Source: a virus
Reading direction: 5' to 3' (one strand)
Virus record (IMG/VR): IMGVR_UViG_3300033553_000842
Span: 9,142-73,141 of that record
DNA length: 64,000 nucleotides
Shown here: piece after piece, positions 1 through 7,626 of the stretch
Position numbering within the stretch: position 1 is the stretch's first letter
Layout of the letters: each line of letters starts with the position of its first letter
Position numbers and translations under genes: made by a program
The notes under the pieces: model-generated
Databases searched by the model: none
What the model saw: the letters and a program-made list of their open reading frames with translations, nothing else
What the model was told of the DNA's origin: nothing

Positions 1-34
1 CATGTTGTTGTTCCTCTCGGACTAGTTGTAAGGG

Positions 35-64
35 GTAATGGGGGAGTCGTTAATCCCCCATTAC
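35..64 (-). terminator. Stem-loop (11-bp stem) at the end of the 61..402 gene; possible terminator or processing site
   Basis: GTAATGGGGGA-N8-TCCCCCATTAC inverted repeat; no clear U tract. Confidence 0.45.
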
Positions 65-402
65 ATGGTAATCTCAAGAGCCTTCCTCAGCTGAGTGCGC
101 TCGGCGTCGGTGATATCCCCGAGATTGTTGATGAAATTGTCGACGTAGGGGTAGCAGTCGACCACAACCCATTCGTAGGCATACATTTCCATAACCATTT
201 GGATTGCTGCCTCCTCATCCTCCGGGTCGAGGCCGTGGATGCCGAAGTCCTCGTCAACCCAATAGTTATCGATGTGGGACGCTGCCATAAGGAGGCGGAG
301 CTCTTTCTCGGCGTCCTCATAGGAGTTGGCCTGGACGAGATCTCCATAGGTGCCACCCTCCGGATAGTCATGCCAGTTGGCGGTGCAGTAGTAGGTTTTC
401 AT
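61..402 (-). CDS. Acidic hypothetical early phage protein
   Basis: 113-aa ORF with AAAGGA RBS in the conserved TCCTGAAAGGAACAC block. Confidence 0.8.
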   Translation of the reverse strand: MKTYYCTANWHDYPEGGTYGDLVQANSYEDAEKELRLLMAASHIDNYWVDEDFGIHGLDPEDEEAAIQMVMEMYAYEWVVVDCYPYVDNFINNLGDITDAERTQLRKALEITM

Positions 403-414
403 GCCGTGTTCCTT

Positions 415-987
415 TCAGGAAATAAGGGTTGCACCGGCCACGTCCGCGGTGCGGAGCCTGACCAGATCTTTGGTTTTGAGGGAGCGGTAGACGCCCTTGC
501 GACGGTAGTATTGGATCTTTTCAAAATCCGTGCCATAGGGTTCCCACGGGGTCTGGATCCGGATCTTATCCCCGGTGCGGGGTTTCAGGCGATTGGCCCA
601 GGCGCGGCAGGAGGTACGCCACTGGGAGGCATACTCGTTTGTGGTGGGAGACAGCAGGTTCAGGATCAGGGGAGGGGCCTTAGCCTCGCCGGGGCCCATG
701 TCCTCGGTCATGTCCTTGTAGCTGAACTCGCCCTTGTCGATCGAGGTGAGGTAGATCGCAGCGAACACGATCGAGCCATCATGTTGAGGGGTGTATCCCG
801 AGATCATGTTGTCGGAGAGGGCCAGGTTAGGTTTTGGTTGCATTTTGACGGCAGCGTAGTAGGTGCTGCCGACGTTGCGGATCGCGAGGGGGGCGCAGCG
901 GTAGTTTTCGCTTTCCCACGTCAGATTCCTGGCGAGATACTTGAGGGGGTCGTCGGGTCGGTCGTAAAGTGTGGTCCCGCCCATCAT
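415..987 (-). CDS. Hypothetical phage protein (DUF6927-like)
   Basis: Conserved RBS block; FSYKDMTEDMGP..AP..IL..L...EYA..WR pattern typical of this phage/plasmid family. Confidence 0.7.
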   Translation of the reverse strand: MMGGTTLYDRPDDPLKYLARNLTWESENYRCAPLAIRNVGSTYYAAVKMQPKPNLALSDNMISGYTPQHDGSIVFAAIYLTSIDKGEFSYKDMTEDMGPGEAKAPPLILNLLSPTTNEYASQWRTSCRAWANRLKPRTGDKIRIQTPWEPYGTDFEKIQYYRRKGVYRSLKTKDLVRLRTADVAGATLIS

Positions 988-1001
988 GTGTTCCTTTCGG
1001 A

Positions 1002-1307
1002 CTAAAGGTGTTCGAGCAGGAGTTTCTTGCTCTCGTGGTATTCTTGGACGATATAGGCGTGTTCCGCCGGGTCCTTGGCCCCGATCCAGGAATATTCCCG
1101 GACGGCGTTTTCAAAACGATCGACCGGATCTTCATAATCGGAGTCAGAAAGATCCACCTCGGTGGTGACCAGGGTGTTCTTGTCAGTGACCTCAAAAACT
1201 ACAGCTGTACTTTCCGGATCCCGTTGGGTGATCAGGGCGCAGACCGCCGCCTCGGAGGGGTTGTCGGCGTCCATGTCGATTTTCCATGTGACGAGATACT
1301 CATTCAT
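1002..1307 (-). CDS. Hypothetical phage protein
   Basis: ATG at 1307 with GAGGAG RBS; YLVTWKIDMDADNP.EAA N-terminus. Confidence 0.75.
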   Translation of the reverse strand: MNEYLVTWKIDMDADNPSEAAVCALITQRDPESTAVVFEVTDKNTLVTTEVDLSDSDYEDPVDRFENAVREYSWIGAKDPAEHAYIVQEYHESKKLLLEHL

Positions 1308-1476
1308 CGGATTTCTCCTCACTTTCGTTCACCTGAGATGCGAGAAAGTTCCAAGTGAGGCCCATCCCCATCATGAAGGCGGCTTTCTCGCCGCCGGAAA
1401 AGTTCTCGCCGTTGGCCATCAGGGCATCCATGTTTACGGGGGTAGCAAAGAGGCCAATTGGTTGAATTTTCATCAT
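1300..1476 (-). CDS. Small hypothetical protein (58 aa, MMKIQPIGLF...)
   Basis: Translated by hand; conserved RBS block upstream; stop overlaps next start. Confidence 0.7.
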   Translation of the reverse strand: MMKIQPIGLFATPVNMDALMANGENFSGGEKAAFMMGMGLTWNFLASQVNESEEKSDE

Positions 1477-1493
1477 GTGTTCCTTTCAGGAGG

Positions 1494-1515
1494 GGGGACC
1501 CTGTGAGGGGTCCCC
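1494..1515 (-). terminator. GC stem-loop downstream of the lipoprotein gene
   Basis: GGGGACCC-CTCACA-GGGTCCCC on the minus strand. Confidence 0.45.
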
Positions 1516-1521
1516 GTTGGG

Positions 1522-1863
1522 TTAGCAGCCCTTCTGCAGGCTGACGGATTGGATGGCATCGTACTGGCCCTTGGCTGCGGCCAGTTGGGGGGCGTTGGCG
1601 TCTCCCTTCAGGAAGAACAGCGCTGGCCAGAACAGGATCATGCCGACCCCCATCGCCACAGCGTCATTGTCTGCCTGTTTCTTCTGGGCACCGGTCAGGG
1701 TGTTGACGTTTTGAACAATTCGATTTTGTTCGGCTCGAAGAGCGTTGCAGCTGAGCCCCGAGTAGGTGCTGGTCGGCGTCGGGGTGGCCACAATGGCTTC
1801 CGGCTGGCTGGCGCAAGCTGTCAGGAACGACAACAGGATCACCGAAGTGAGTAACTTTTTCAT
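1522..1863 (-). CDS. Lipoprotein
   Basis: Signal peptide with lipobox LTAC; second hydrophobic segment GVGMILFWPALFFL. Confidence 0.8.
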   Translation of the reverse strand: MKKLLTSVILLSFLTACASQPEAIVATPTPTSTYSGLSCNALRAEQNRIVQNVNTLTGAQKKQADNDAVAMGVGMILFWPALFFLKGDANAPQLAAAKGQYDAIQSVSLQKGC

Positions 1864-1877
1864 TTTAGTCTCCAGGG

Positions 1878-2177
1878 TTATTGCGCAGGGTGCGCAGTTT
1901 TGATTTCCTTGATCTCGTCCGACAGCTGTCGGAGTTCCTTCAAGGTTCGGTGGTGGTACTCGTCCATCAGAGATGGGACAGAGTTCTTATCCAGGTACTT
2001 CCAGATGTTCTTGGCCAGTTTGGTGTCGGGGCGCTTGAGGGTACGGAGGTACAGGGCCAGGGCGACGGCATCTCCATCGAAGTTCTCGAAACAACTGTCG
2101 AAGTGCCGGGTGCTGGGGTGGCCTTTGGAAATGTGGGTCGCGGCGACCGTGACCCGGCGGTCAAATCCATTAGCCAT
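1878..2177 (-). CDS. Hypothetical phage protein
   Basis: Start MANGFDRR at 2177 with AAAGGA RBS. Confidence 0.7.
   Translation of the reverse strand: MANGFDRRVTVAATHISKGHPSTRHFDSCFENFDGDAVALALYLRTLKRPDTKLAKNIWKYLDKNSVPSLMDEYHHRTLKELRQLSDEIKEIKTAHPAQ
1882..1896. promoter_or_regulatory. Palindromic operator-like motif, copy 1
   Basis: TGCGCA-GGG-TGCGCA just upstream of the lipoprotein RBS. Confidence 0.7.
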
Positions 2178-2646
2178 TATGCGTTCCTTTCTCCCTAAAA
2201 TAGGCATCGATCTTGGCGACGATTTCAGTCTTGCAGTACTGGTCCAGGATGTATCTGGCCTCTCCCAGCAGGCCCTCGGCGGTGGGTTTGTTGTGGGCGA
2301 TGCACAGCTCGATCCAGTTTGAGACAAGATCGGGGGTGCCGTGGACATAGGCCTGTTGGTTATCGAAGATGACGCAGTTTTCGATAAACCAAGGCACGAA
2401 ATCCCAGTCATAGGCCCCATACAGGTACTCGTCGGTGCCATTGGTGCAGATGACCCAGCCGTAGTGGATAGCTGAGGCAATGGCCCCGGCACACAGCCGG
2501 AGCTGGCCCAGGCCCTCGGGCCAGTTGTTGGGTTTCGTTTCGATCAGGTGCTCCCAAGCACACATCGCCGCTTCGAGTTCAATCTCGCGGGTCAGGGTGT
2601 GCTTATTGAGAAGCCCGGTATATCCCTTTGGGTGGTAATTTTTCAT
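2170..2646 (-). CDS. Hypothetical phage protein
   Basis: Start MKNYHPKG at 2646 behind the conserved RBS block. Confidence 0.75.
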   Translation of the reverse strand: MKNYHPKGYTGLLNKHTLTREIELEAAMCAWEHLIETKPNNWPEGLGQLRLCAGAIASAIHYGWVICTNGTDEYLYGAYDWDFVPWFIENCVIFDNQQAYVHGTPDLVSNWIELCIAHNKPTAEGLLGEARYILDQYCKTEIVAKIDAYFREKGTHNG

Positions 2647-2663
2647 CGTGTGTTCCTTTCGGA

Positions 2664-2774
2664 TTAAGTGTTGATGTGGCCGGTGCGGTGTCCGCAGCGC
2701 CGGCATACTTTCTGGGGGAAGCGGCGGGAATCTCGCCAGTGGTGGAAACCGAGGCGGCACAGGAGATATCTCAT
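2664..2774 (-). CDS. Small Cys/His protein, DUF1660-like (36 aa)
   Basis: MRYLLCRLGFHHW...VCRRCGH; ATGA overlap with the ardA stop. Confidence 0.6.
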   Translation of the reverse strand: MRYLLCRLGFHHWRDSRRFPQKVCRRCGHRTGHINT

Positions 2775-3304
2775 GGGGTATGGAAGAAGTGGCCGCTGTA
2801 CTCGACCAGTCCTCCTCCTGTTTCAAATTCTCTGCCGACGCTTTCCCAGTCGATATGGTAGCGGAAGCGGTCGGGGATCTCTTCGAGGCCACCTGTCTCC
2901 TCTTCGAACTGTTCGGCAAAGTCGGCCCAGCTGTCGTACTGGCCCCGGTAGTTGTCTTGGGGGTTCGCGTTATACTCGTGGTGGTAGGCGAGGACGATAT
3001 GCGGGGGCAGGTCGGGATTTTCTTCGAGGACTTCGACGAGGGCTGCGATCTCGGAGAGCGGGGTATATTCGCCAATATTGCCCAGACCCTCATGGTCGTG
3101 GATTGCAAATTCCTCGGCCGATGGGACCTCTTCCCCCGTCTCTGGGTCTTCGACCATGACGTTCGGGTAAGGTGACCGGCGCAGCAGGCCTGCGACTTCT
3201 TCAGCCATCTCGTCCTCGTCGGAGGTGGCGTCGATCCATTTGCCATGGAGGACGCCGTTGTTGTACGAGGCGAGGCAAGCGATGTAGATTCTAGGGGAGG
3301 TCAT
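2771..3304 (-). CDS. ardA: Anti-restriction protein ArdA (DNA mimic inhibiting type I RM)
   Basis: RIYIACLASYNNGVLHGKWIDA, EEFAIHDHEG and YHIDWESVGRE motifs; very acidic. Confidence 0.92.
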   Translation of the reverse strand: MTSPRIYIACLASYNNGVLHGKWIDATSDEDEMAEEVAGLLRRSPYPNVMVEDPETGEEVPSAEEFAIHDHEGLGNIGEYTPLSEIAALVEVLEENPDLPPHIVLAYHHEYNANPQDNYRGQYDSWADFAEQFEEETGGLEEIPDRFRYHIDWESVGREFETGGGLVEYSGHFFHTP

Positions 3305-3582
3305 CAGATATCCCCCCCGATTTTCCAGGTGTCCACATCGGGACAGACCTCCTTGACCCCGGTCAGGGGGTCAGAGGCTCGGAAGAAGGCTCGGCCGTCT
3401 TCTGTGACAACACACCATAGGGGTAGGCCGAGGCCCCAGTAGGCCCCGCCGCTGTCGTAACCCCCGTCTTCGAGAGGTACTGCGTGGAGGGTGCCTGTGC
3501 CTTCGGACATGGAAATGTTGTCAGATTGCCGCCCCATAGGGGCCCCATAACGGGAGGATACGTTGGCTAGTTGGTGCATCAT
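3304..3582 (-). CDS. Conserved hypothetical phage protein
   Basis: Conserved RBS block; YGAPMGR and GGYDSGGAYWG motifs. Confidence 0.8.
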   Translation of the reverse strand: MMHQLANVSSRYGAPMGRQSDNISMSEGTGTLHAVPLEDGGYDSGGAYWGLGLPLWCVVTEDGRAFFRASDPLTGVKEVCPDVDTWKIGGDI

Positions 3583-3601
3583 GTGTTCCTTTCAGGAATA
3601 T

Positions 3602-3616
3602 TGCGCAGGGTGCGCA
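3602..3616. promoter_or_regulatory. Palindromic operator-like motif, copy 2
   Basis: TGCGCA-GGG-TGCGCA immediately upstream of the RBS block. Confidence 0.7.
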
Positions 3617-3618
3617 GT

Positions 3619-3912
3619 TTAGTCGTGGATCACCGCCTCGATCTCTTGGGTCAGCAGCAGGTACGGGCCCTCATGCAGTTTGATGAAGAAGCCGATGGTG
3701 CTGATGGCACTGATCCGGTCGGCCGCGAAGCGCATGCTGTCGAGGTGGTCCCAGAACACGGTTCTGGATCCATAGGTTGGGATCCCGTTCGGGACGAGGT
3801 AGTATTCGATGCTGTCCGGATGTGAGAACAGGTCCTTCTCGGGATCAGGATTGTTGTCGACCGAGAAGGCATAGAGGGCCTCGATCGCGTGGCCTTGGTA
3901 ATAGACGTTCAT
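3619..3912 (-). CDS. Hypothetical phage protein
   Basis: ATG at 3912 overlapping the upstream stop; GAGG RBS. Confidence 0.7.
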   Translation of the reverse strand: MNVYYQGHAIEALYAFSVDNNPDPEKDLFSHPDSIEYYLVPNGIPTYGSRTVFWDHLDSMRFAADRISAISTIGFFIKLHEGPYLLLTQEIEAVIHD

Positions 3913-4322
3913 GACCAAGCCTCCTCTCCACGCATGACCCGGCGCAGGGCCTCGGCCGCTTGAGCTGGGGTGCAGTCCTCGGGGGATTGGGTAGGATCAA
4001 AAAGATCGTGGCCGTGGCGCTCGTTGCCTTTGGGGAGACCTAGCCAGTTGAGGGCTGTATTTTGAGTCTCTGACCACGATCCGTATTCGGAGAGAGGTTT
4101 CGAAATGTCCCCAGCGGCCAGTCCAGCTGCCGCGCCAGCGATGCAGCAGACGGTGCCGCAGGATCCAATACCCTTGGAGTCCACTTGGTCTTGGAACTGA
4201 TAGAGTTCCATATCGTCGAAAACGCTGAGGCTGATGTTATCAAAATGCATGTCAAAGACCGCATGAGGGGCACCGGCGTCGAGCCATGCGAGGAGTTCTT
4301 TACAGTTGTCGATATTCATCAT
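3909..4322 (-). CDS. Hypothetical phage protein
   Basis: Conserved RBS block; CGTVCCIAG motif common in small phage proteins. Confidence 0.8.
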   Translation of the reverse strand: MMNIDNCKELLAWLDAGAPHAVFDMHFDNISLSVFDDMELYQFQDQVDSKGIGSCGTVCCIAGAAAGLAAGDISKPLSEYGSWSETQNTALNWLGLPKGNERHGHDLFDPTQSPEDCTPAQAAEALRRVMRGEEAWS

Positions 4323-5050
4323 GTGTTCCTTTCGGAGATAACGATCTGGTTGCCCTTGTCGTCGGTGTAGGTTCCCAGGACCGGTTCTTGGTTGAGGGTG
4401 GGGAAGGATAGGCTGTAGGTGTGCCAGGATTTGGAGTTGCAGGGGCTTTCAAAACAGAAGTGCTGGCCGCTATAAACACCCCCTACCAAAGTGGTCTGGG
4501 TGACGACGGGTTCGGGCTTTACCCGATAGGGGTGGTTATTGATCCACCCGGGGAAGGGCACGGTCTCCCAGTCTGGACCCCTCTCGATGGTCTTGCCCTG
4601 CTGGTGAGCTAGGAGCAGGGCTCCTTTCTCGGCGTCAGATAGTTGACCCCAGGTTTTATATACTGGACGGAACAGGGCATCGTAGCTTGAGGTGAAGGGT
4701 CCGTGGGGGGAGAAGTCATCTTCTGGTTGCGCGAGTCCGGTCTCCGTAATTTTGAAGAGGGCCTTTTCCTTGACCAGTGTTGGACAGTTTCTACCGCAGG
4801 TTACGATCTCGAGAATGTCGCCCTCGGAGGGGTTCAGTTCTGCGAGGGTTTTACCTCCTTGGGCCCGGCCCTCGGCTTCGATCACGGCGCGGAGGAAGGC
4901 TTGGCCACGGTCGTAGTCTGGGTAGCTGCTGCCGCCCCAGTGTGCGATGGCCTCGTCAAGGCTGAAGTGCCGGCACCCGGCGTGGTAGTGGCCAAGGTGG
5001 TCGCGGAGGAGTTCATAGCCGCGGCTGTCAGTGTAAAGAGCTTTCATCAT
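4319..5050 (-). CDS. Hypothetical phage protein (in frame with an upstream ORF starting at 5239)
   Basis: Start MMKALY at 5050 behind the conserved RBS block; AGCRHFSLDEAIAHW motif. Confidence 0.75.
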   Translation of the reverse strand: MMKALYTDSRGYELLRDHLGHYHAGCRHFSLDEAIAHWGGSSYPDYDRGQAFLRAVIEAEGRAQGGKTLAELNPSEGDILEIVTCGRNCPTLVKEKALFKITETGLAQPEDDFSPHGPFTSSYDALFRPVYKTWGQLSDAEKGALLLAHQQGKTIERGPDWETVPFPGWINNHPYRVKPEPVVTQTTLVGGVYSGQHFCFESPCNSKSWHTYSLSFPTLNQEPVLGTYTDDKGNQIVISERNT

Positions 5051-5069
5051 GTGTTCCTTTCGGGAATAT

Positions 5070-5084
5070 TGCGCAGGGGGCGCA
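5070..5084. promoter_or_regulatory. Palindromic operator-like motif, copy 3 (one mismatch)
   Basis: TGCGCA-GGG-GGCGCA upstream of the RBS block. Confidence 0.6.
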
Positions 5085-5235
5085 GTTTTTCTGCGGGCTC
5101 TGGACAGAGCCATCTCTTTGTGGCGGAAGGTCTCTATGCAGGTTCCGTTGTGGAACAGAGCATATGACTTCTCCCAAGGGCGCTTGATGATTTGAAAATC
5201 ACCCACCGTCTTGAGGTAGCGGCTGGCCCACTCCC

Positions 5236-5625
5236 TCATGCTGAATGCTCCAGGATGTTGGTGGAGAGGCGCTTCATGGTGGCCTCGAGGTCGGCCAGGA
5301 TCGGGAGGCCGAGGTCGTCGGCCTCTGTGATCAGATCGGACAGGTTCTTGTTGAACTGCTTCTGACGGAGGGCGAGGGGGCTGGGCTGTTTGTGGAGCCA
5401 TTCGCGGACTCTAGTCAGGGAGGCAAGGATGTCGTCCAGATCCACGTTCCAGTCGTAGTGGGTCTCGGATTGGTAGGAGTTGGGGCTAGTGAAGATTTCA
5501 AGAATCAGGTAGCTGTCTTCACCTGTGCCCCGGACTTTGAGGGAGGCGTGGGGTTTGAAAAACCCGTGGTTGCTGGCCTCTTGTTCGAGGTTGGCGAGGG
5601 CTTTGTTAAGTGTCTTGAGATCCAT
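5236..5625 (-). CDS. Hypothetical phage protein
   Basis: 129-aa ORF with AAAGG RBS, tightly packed. Confidence 0.75.
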   Translation of the reverse strand: MDLKTLNKALANLEQEASNHGFFKPHASLKVRGTGEDSYLILEIFTSPNSYQSETHYDWNVDLDDILASLTRVREWLHKQPSPLALRQKQFNKNLSDLITEADDLGLPILADLEATMKRLSTNILEHSA

Positions 5626-5627
5626 GG

Positions 5628-5876
5628 TCAGGATACCTTTCTGTTGATACGGCGGTGGGTGTTGGCCAAGGCTACGGTGTAGACGTCGAGGTTCGTGGAG
5701 CCGAGGCGGTGGCGGGGATAGGTGGTGGCGTGGATCAGGTTTTTGTGCCTGTCCCAGACCTGTTCCAAGGCCTGTCCTGCGCGGTTGTAGGGAAGTTCGA
5801 CCTGAGACTTGTACCCGTCAGGGGTGTAGTGGGTCAGAACGAGATGAAGGGAGTGCATATCGACGGAGACGGTCAT
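5628..5876 (-). CDS. Hypothetical phage protein
   Basis: ATG at 5876 overlapping the upstream stop; GGAG RBS. Confidence 0.65.
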   Translation of the reverse strand: MTVSVDMHSLHLVLTHYTPDGYKSQVELPYNRAGQALEQVWDRHKNLIHATTYPRHRLGSTNLDVYTVALANTHRRINRKVS

Positions 5877-6085
5877 AAGATCAAAATCTCCATCGAGACG
5901 ACGGTGTTGGTACAACAGTGTTCGCACCAACCTTGGTCTTGGTCCGGTTCCATGTCGGTGGAATAGTCACAGTCGTCGTTGGTGCAGATCGCCGGCATGA
6001 TGCCTTCGAACATGTAGTCGTCGATCAGGTCTAGGGGGGTCGCATAGCCAAAATCGTTGGCCAGGGTCTGGGCTTTGTTACACAT
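5873..6085 (-). CDS. Small zinc-ribbon protein
   Basis: Start MCNKAQ at 6085; C-x4-C...EPDQ..GWCEHC motif. Confidence 0.7.
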   Translation of the reverse strand: MCNKAQTLANDFGYATPLDLIDDYMFEGIMPAICTNDDCDYSTDMEPDQDQGWCEHCCTNTVVSMEILIL

Positions 6086-6449
6086 GGTTGAACTCCAATC
6101 CGAAGTTTTTGGCGACGTTGGCCGCAGAGGCTTTGAACTGGGGGACAAAGTCTTCTTGGTCGGCGTTTGATGCGTTGTCATGGGCCCCTTGGAGCGTGGA
6201 GAGTAGATACTTGTTTGCATCCCAGTCTGGATATGAGAGCTGGATGGCGTCCAATACTTCGGGGTGAGAGGCCGGGAACCCCTCCATTTCGGGGGCATAG
6301 AACTCGTCCTTGATCAGATGCCCTGCGGCACAGGCCCCTTGGGGGCCTCGGTAACCGCACATATGTTTGTTGGTTGGGTGCATGCTGGCTTCGCCTTGGG
6401 CTATGACTTTTTTGACGACGAAGTCGAAGATTTCTTGATCGGTATTCAT
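6078..6449 (-). CDS. Hypothetical phage protein
   Basis: Start MNTDQEIFD behind the RBS block; CGYRG...CAAGHLI and LQ.AHD motifs. Confidence 0.8.
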   Translation of the reverse strand: MNTDQEIFDFVVKKVIAQGEASMHPTNKHMCGYRGPQGACAAGHLIKDEFYAPEMEGFPASHPEVLDAIQLSYPDWDANKYLLSTLQGAHDNASNADQEDFVPQFKASAANVAKNFGLEFNHV

Positions 6450-6475
6450 GTCGTGTGTTCCTCTCGGACTGGAAT

Positions 6476-6490
6476 TGCGCAAGGTGCGCA
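6476..6490. promoter_or_regulatory. Palindromic operator-like motif, copy 4
   Basis: AATTGCGCA-AGG-TGCGCAATT. Confidence 0.7.
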
Positions 6491-6499
6491 ATTTTGTTT

Positions 6500-6553
6500 C
6501 ATGTTATCCTCTCGGATAGGGCTGCATATTACATGTTATCCTCTCGGATAGGG
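6500..6553. repeat. Two exact 22-bp direct repeats (RBS plus ATG on the minus strand), period 32
   Basis: CATGTTATCCTCTCGGATAGGG at 6500-6521 and 6532-6553. Confidence 0.9.
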
Positions 6554-6779
6554 TCTTATAATCCTGACGGATTAGGTCCGTGTTCAGGGTCTTGGGGTTC
6601 CCTGGACTCGGACCTTGGGCGTTCAAATTTAACCAAGGGATTACTGGCATTTCCCTTTGGTCGGTGGTAGTTAATCGCCAGTGAATGGCAGACGCACTTC
6701 TCTCGGGGCCCAAGGGAGGAACAACCCAACCCGAGAGCCTAGTACATCTGCCAATCACTGAGGATTTTGGTTTCACTTT

Positions 6780-6965
6780 TCAAAAGTGGTATAGTCATAT
6801 TGTAAAAAAAACTAACAATATAAATAATGATTACTTAGTAATCTTTTTTCTTAGTCTACTACTCTTTTTCTTTTTTACTATTCTTCTTTTAAGAAAGAAA
6901 AATATAGAGTATAAGGGTGTAATGTCCGAAAAATCCAATCTTTTCAAACACTTACTATGCTAGTT
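6780..6965. other. AT-rich non-coding tract (candidate origin or promoter region)
   Basis: Long A and T runs in an otherwise GC-rich genome; no credible ORF. Confidence 0.5.
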
Positions 6966-7150
6966 TCGCTGACGCGCCTTCGCACCCCCTCTGGCCAAGG
7001 CCCCGGTCCAAGCTAAACACGTATAGCGAGAACCTGAGCCTAAACCCTTGATTCATAACAGTTACATCTTAGACGTGTAAAAACACCGTTTACTCGCCTG
7101 TCACTTTTGTTCACCTCCTGTTCCTCGGATTATGTTAATAAAACACACCC

Positions 7151-7345
7151 CTAGCGGTACTTCTCAAGCAGCGTTAGCAAGCCTAGGGAGAGTCTTTTCT
7201 CGTCCTGTGCCCGCTTAGCGTGTTTGCACAACTCTGGCGGCACGTTATCCGTGTGCTGGACTTCCTTGTAATACCCATCAACCGACTGTCCGGTCGACAC
7301 GCGGGGCGGCGGGGCCATCTCCTGGGCAAAGCGAAAGTGTCTCAT
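7151..7345 (-). CDS. Hypothetical protein (64 aa)
   Basis: ATG overlaps the stop of the 19-aa ORF upstream. Confidence 0.55.
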   Translation of the reverse strand: MRHFRFAQEMAPPPRVSTGQSVDGYYKEVQHTDNVPPELCKHAKRAQDEKRLSLGLLTLLEKYR

Positions 7346-7401
7346 AGCAAGACACAGACAAGAAAAAAGAGGGTGAAGCCGATCAGATCTCGTATCATCA
7401 T
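7342..7401 (-). CDS. 19-aa hydrophobic peptide MMIRDLIGFTLFFLVCVLL
   Basis: Directly behind the operator and conserved RBS block. Confidence 0.55.
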   Translation of the reverse strand: MMIRDLIGFTLFFLVCVLL

Positions 7402-7417
7402 GTGTTCCTTCCGGAAT

Positions 7418-7432
7418 TGCGCACCGTGCGCA
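7418..7432. promoter_or_regulatory. Palindromic operator-like motif, copy 5
   Basis: AATTGCGCA-CCG-TGCGCAATT. Confidence 0.7.
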
Positions 7433-7480
7433 ATTATTTTTCAAATTACAGAGCCTCGCGTTCCTAGAGAAAAGGACTCA

Positions 7481-7540
7481 CGCCCGCGCCTGCGCCTGCG
7501 CCTGTTGGGGGGGGTGCAGGGGTAGGCGCGGGCGCGGGCG
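7481..7540. repeat. GC-rich inverted repeat built from GCGCC(T/C) hexamers
   Basis: 24-nt arms at 7481-7504 and 7517-7540 with 21/24 Watson-Crick pairs. Confidence 0.75.
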
Positions 7541-7586
7541 CGATGCGGACATCGCGATATGTGAATGTGTCGCGTGGGGCTTGACA

Positions 7587-7616
7587 CAAGGCGCAAGGTG
7601 TGAGCCTTGCGCCTTG
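7587..7616 (-). terminator. Stem-loop terminator after the 7627..8502 gene
   Basis: Perfect 12-bp stem CAAGGCGCAAGG-CTCACA-CCTTGCGCCTTG. Confidence 0.6.
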
Positions 7617-7626
7617 CTGATTCGCC

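Noticed and set aside
199-1005. 268-aa plus-strand ORF and similar plus-strand ORFs in the early region
   Set aside because: Antisense shadows of minus-strand genes that have clear RBS cassettes; no motifs.
6685-6963. 92-aa hydrophobic plus-strand ORF
   Set aside because: Product of low-complexity A/T runs; opposite to local gene orientation.
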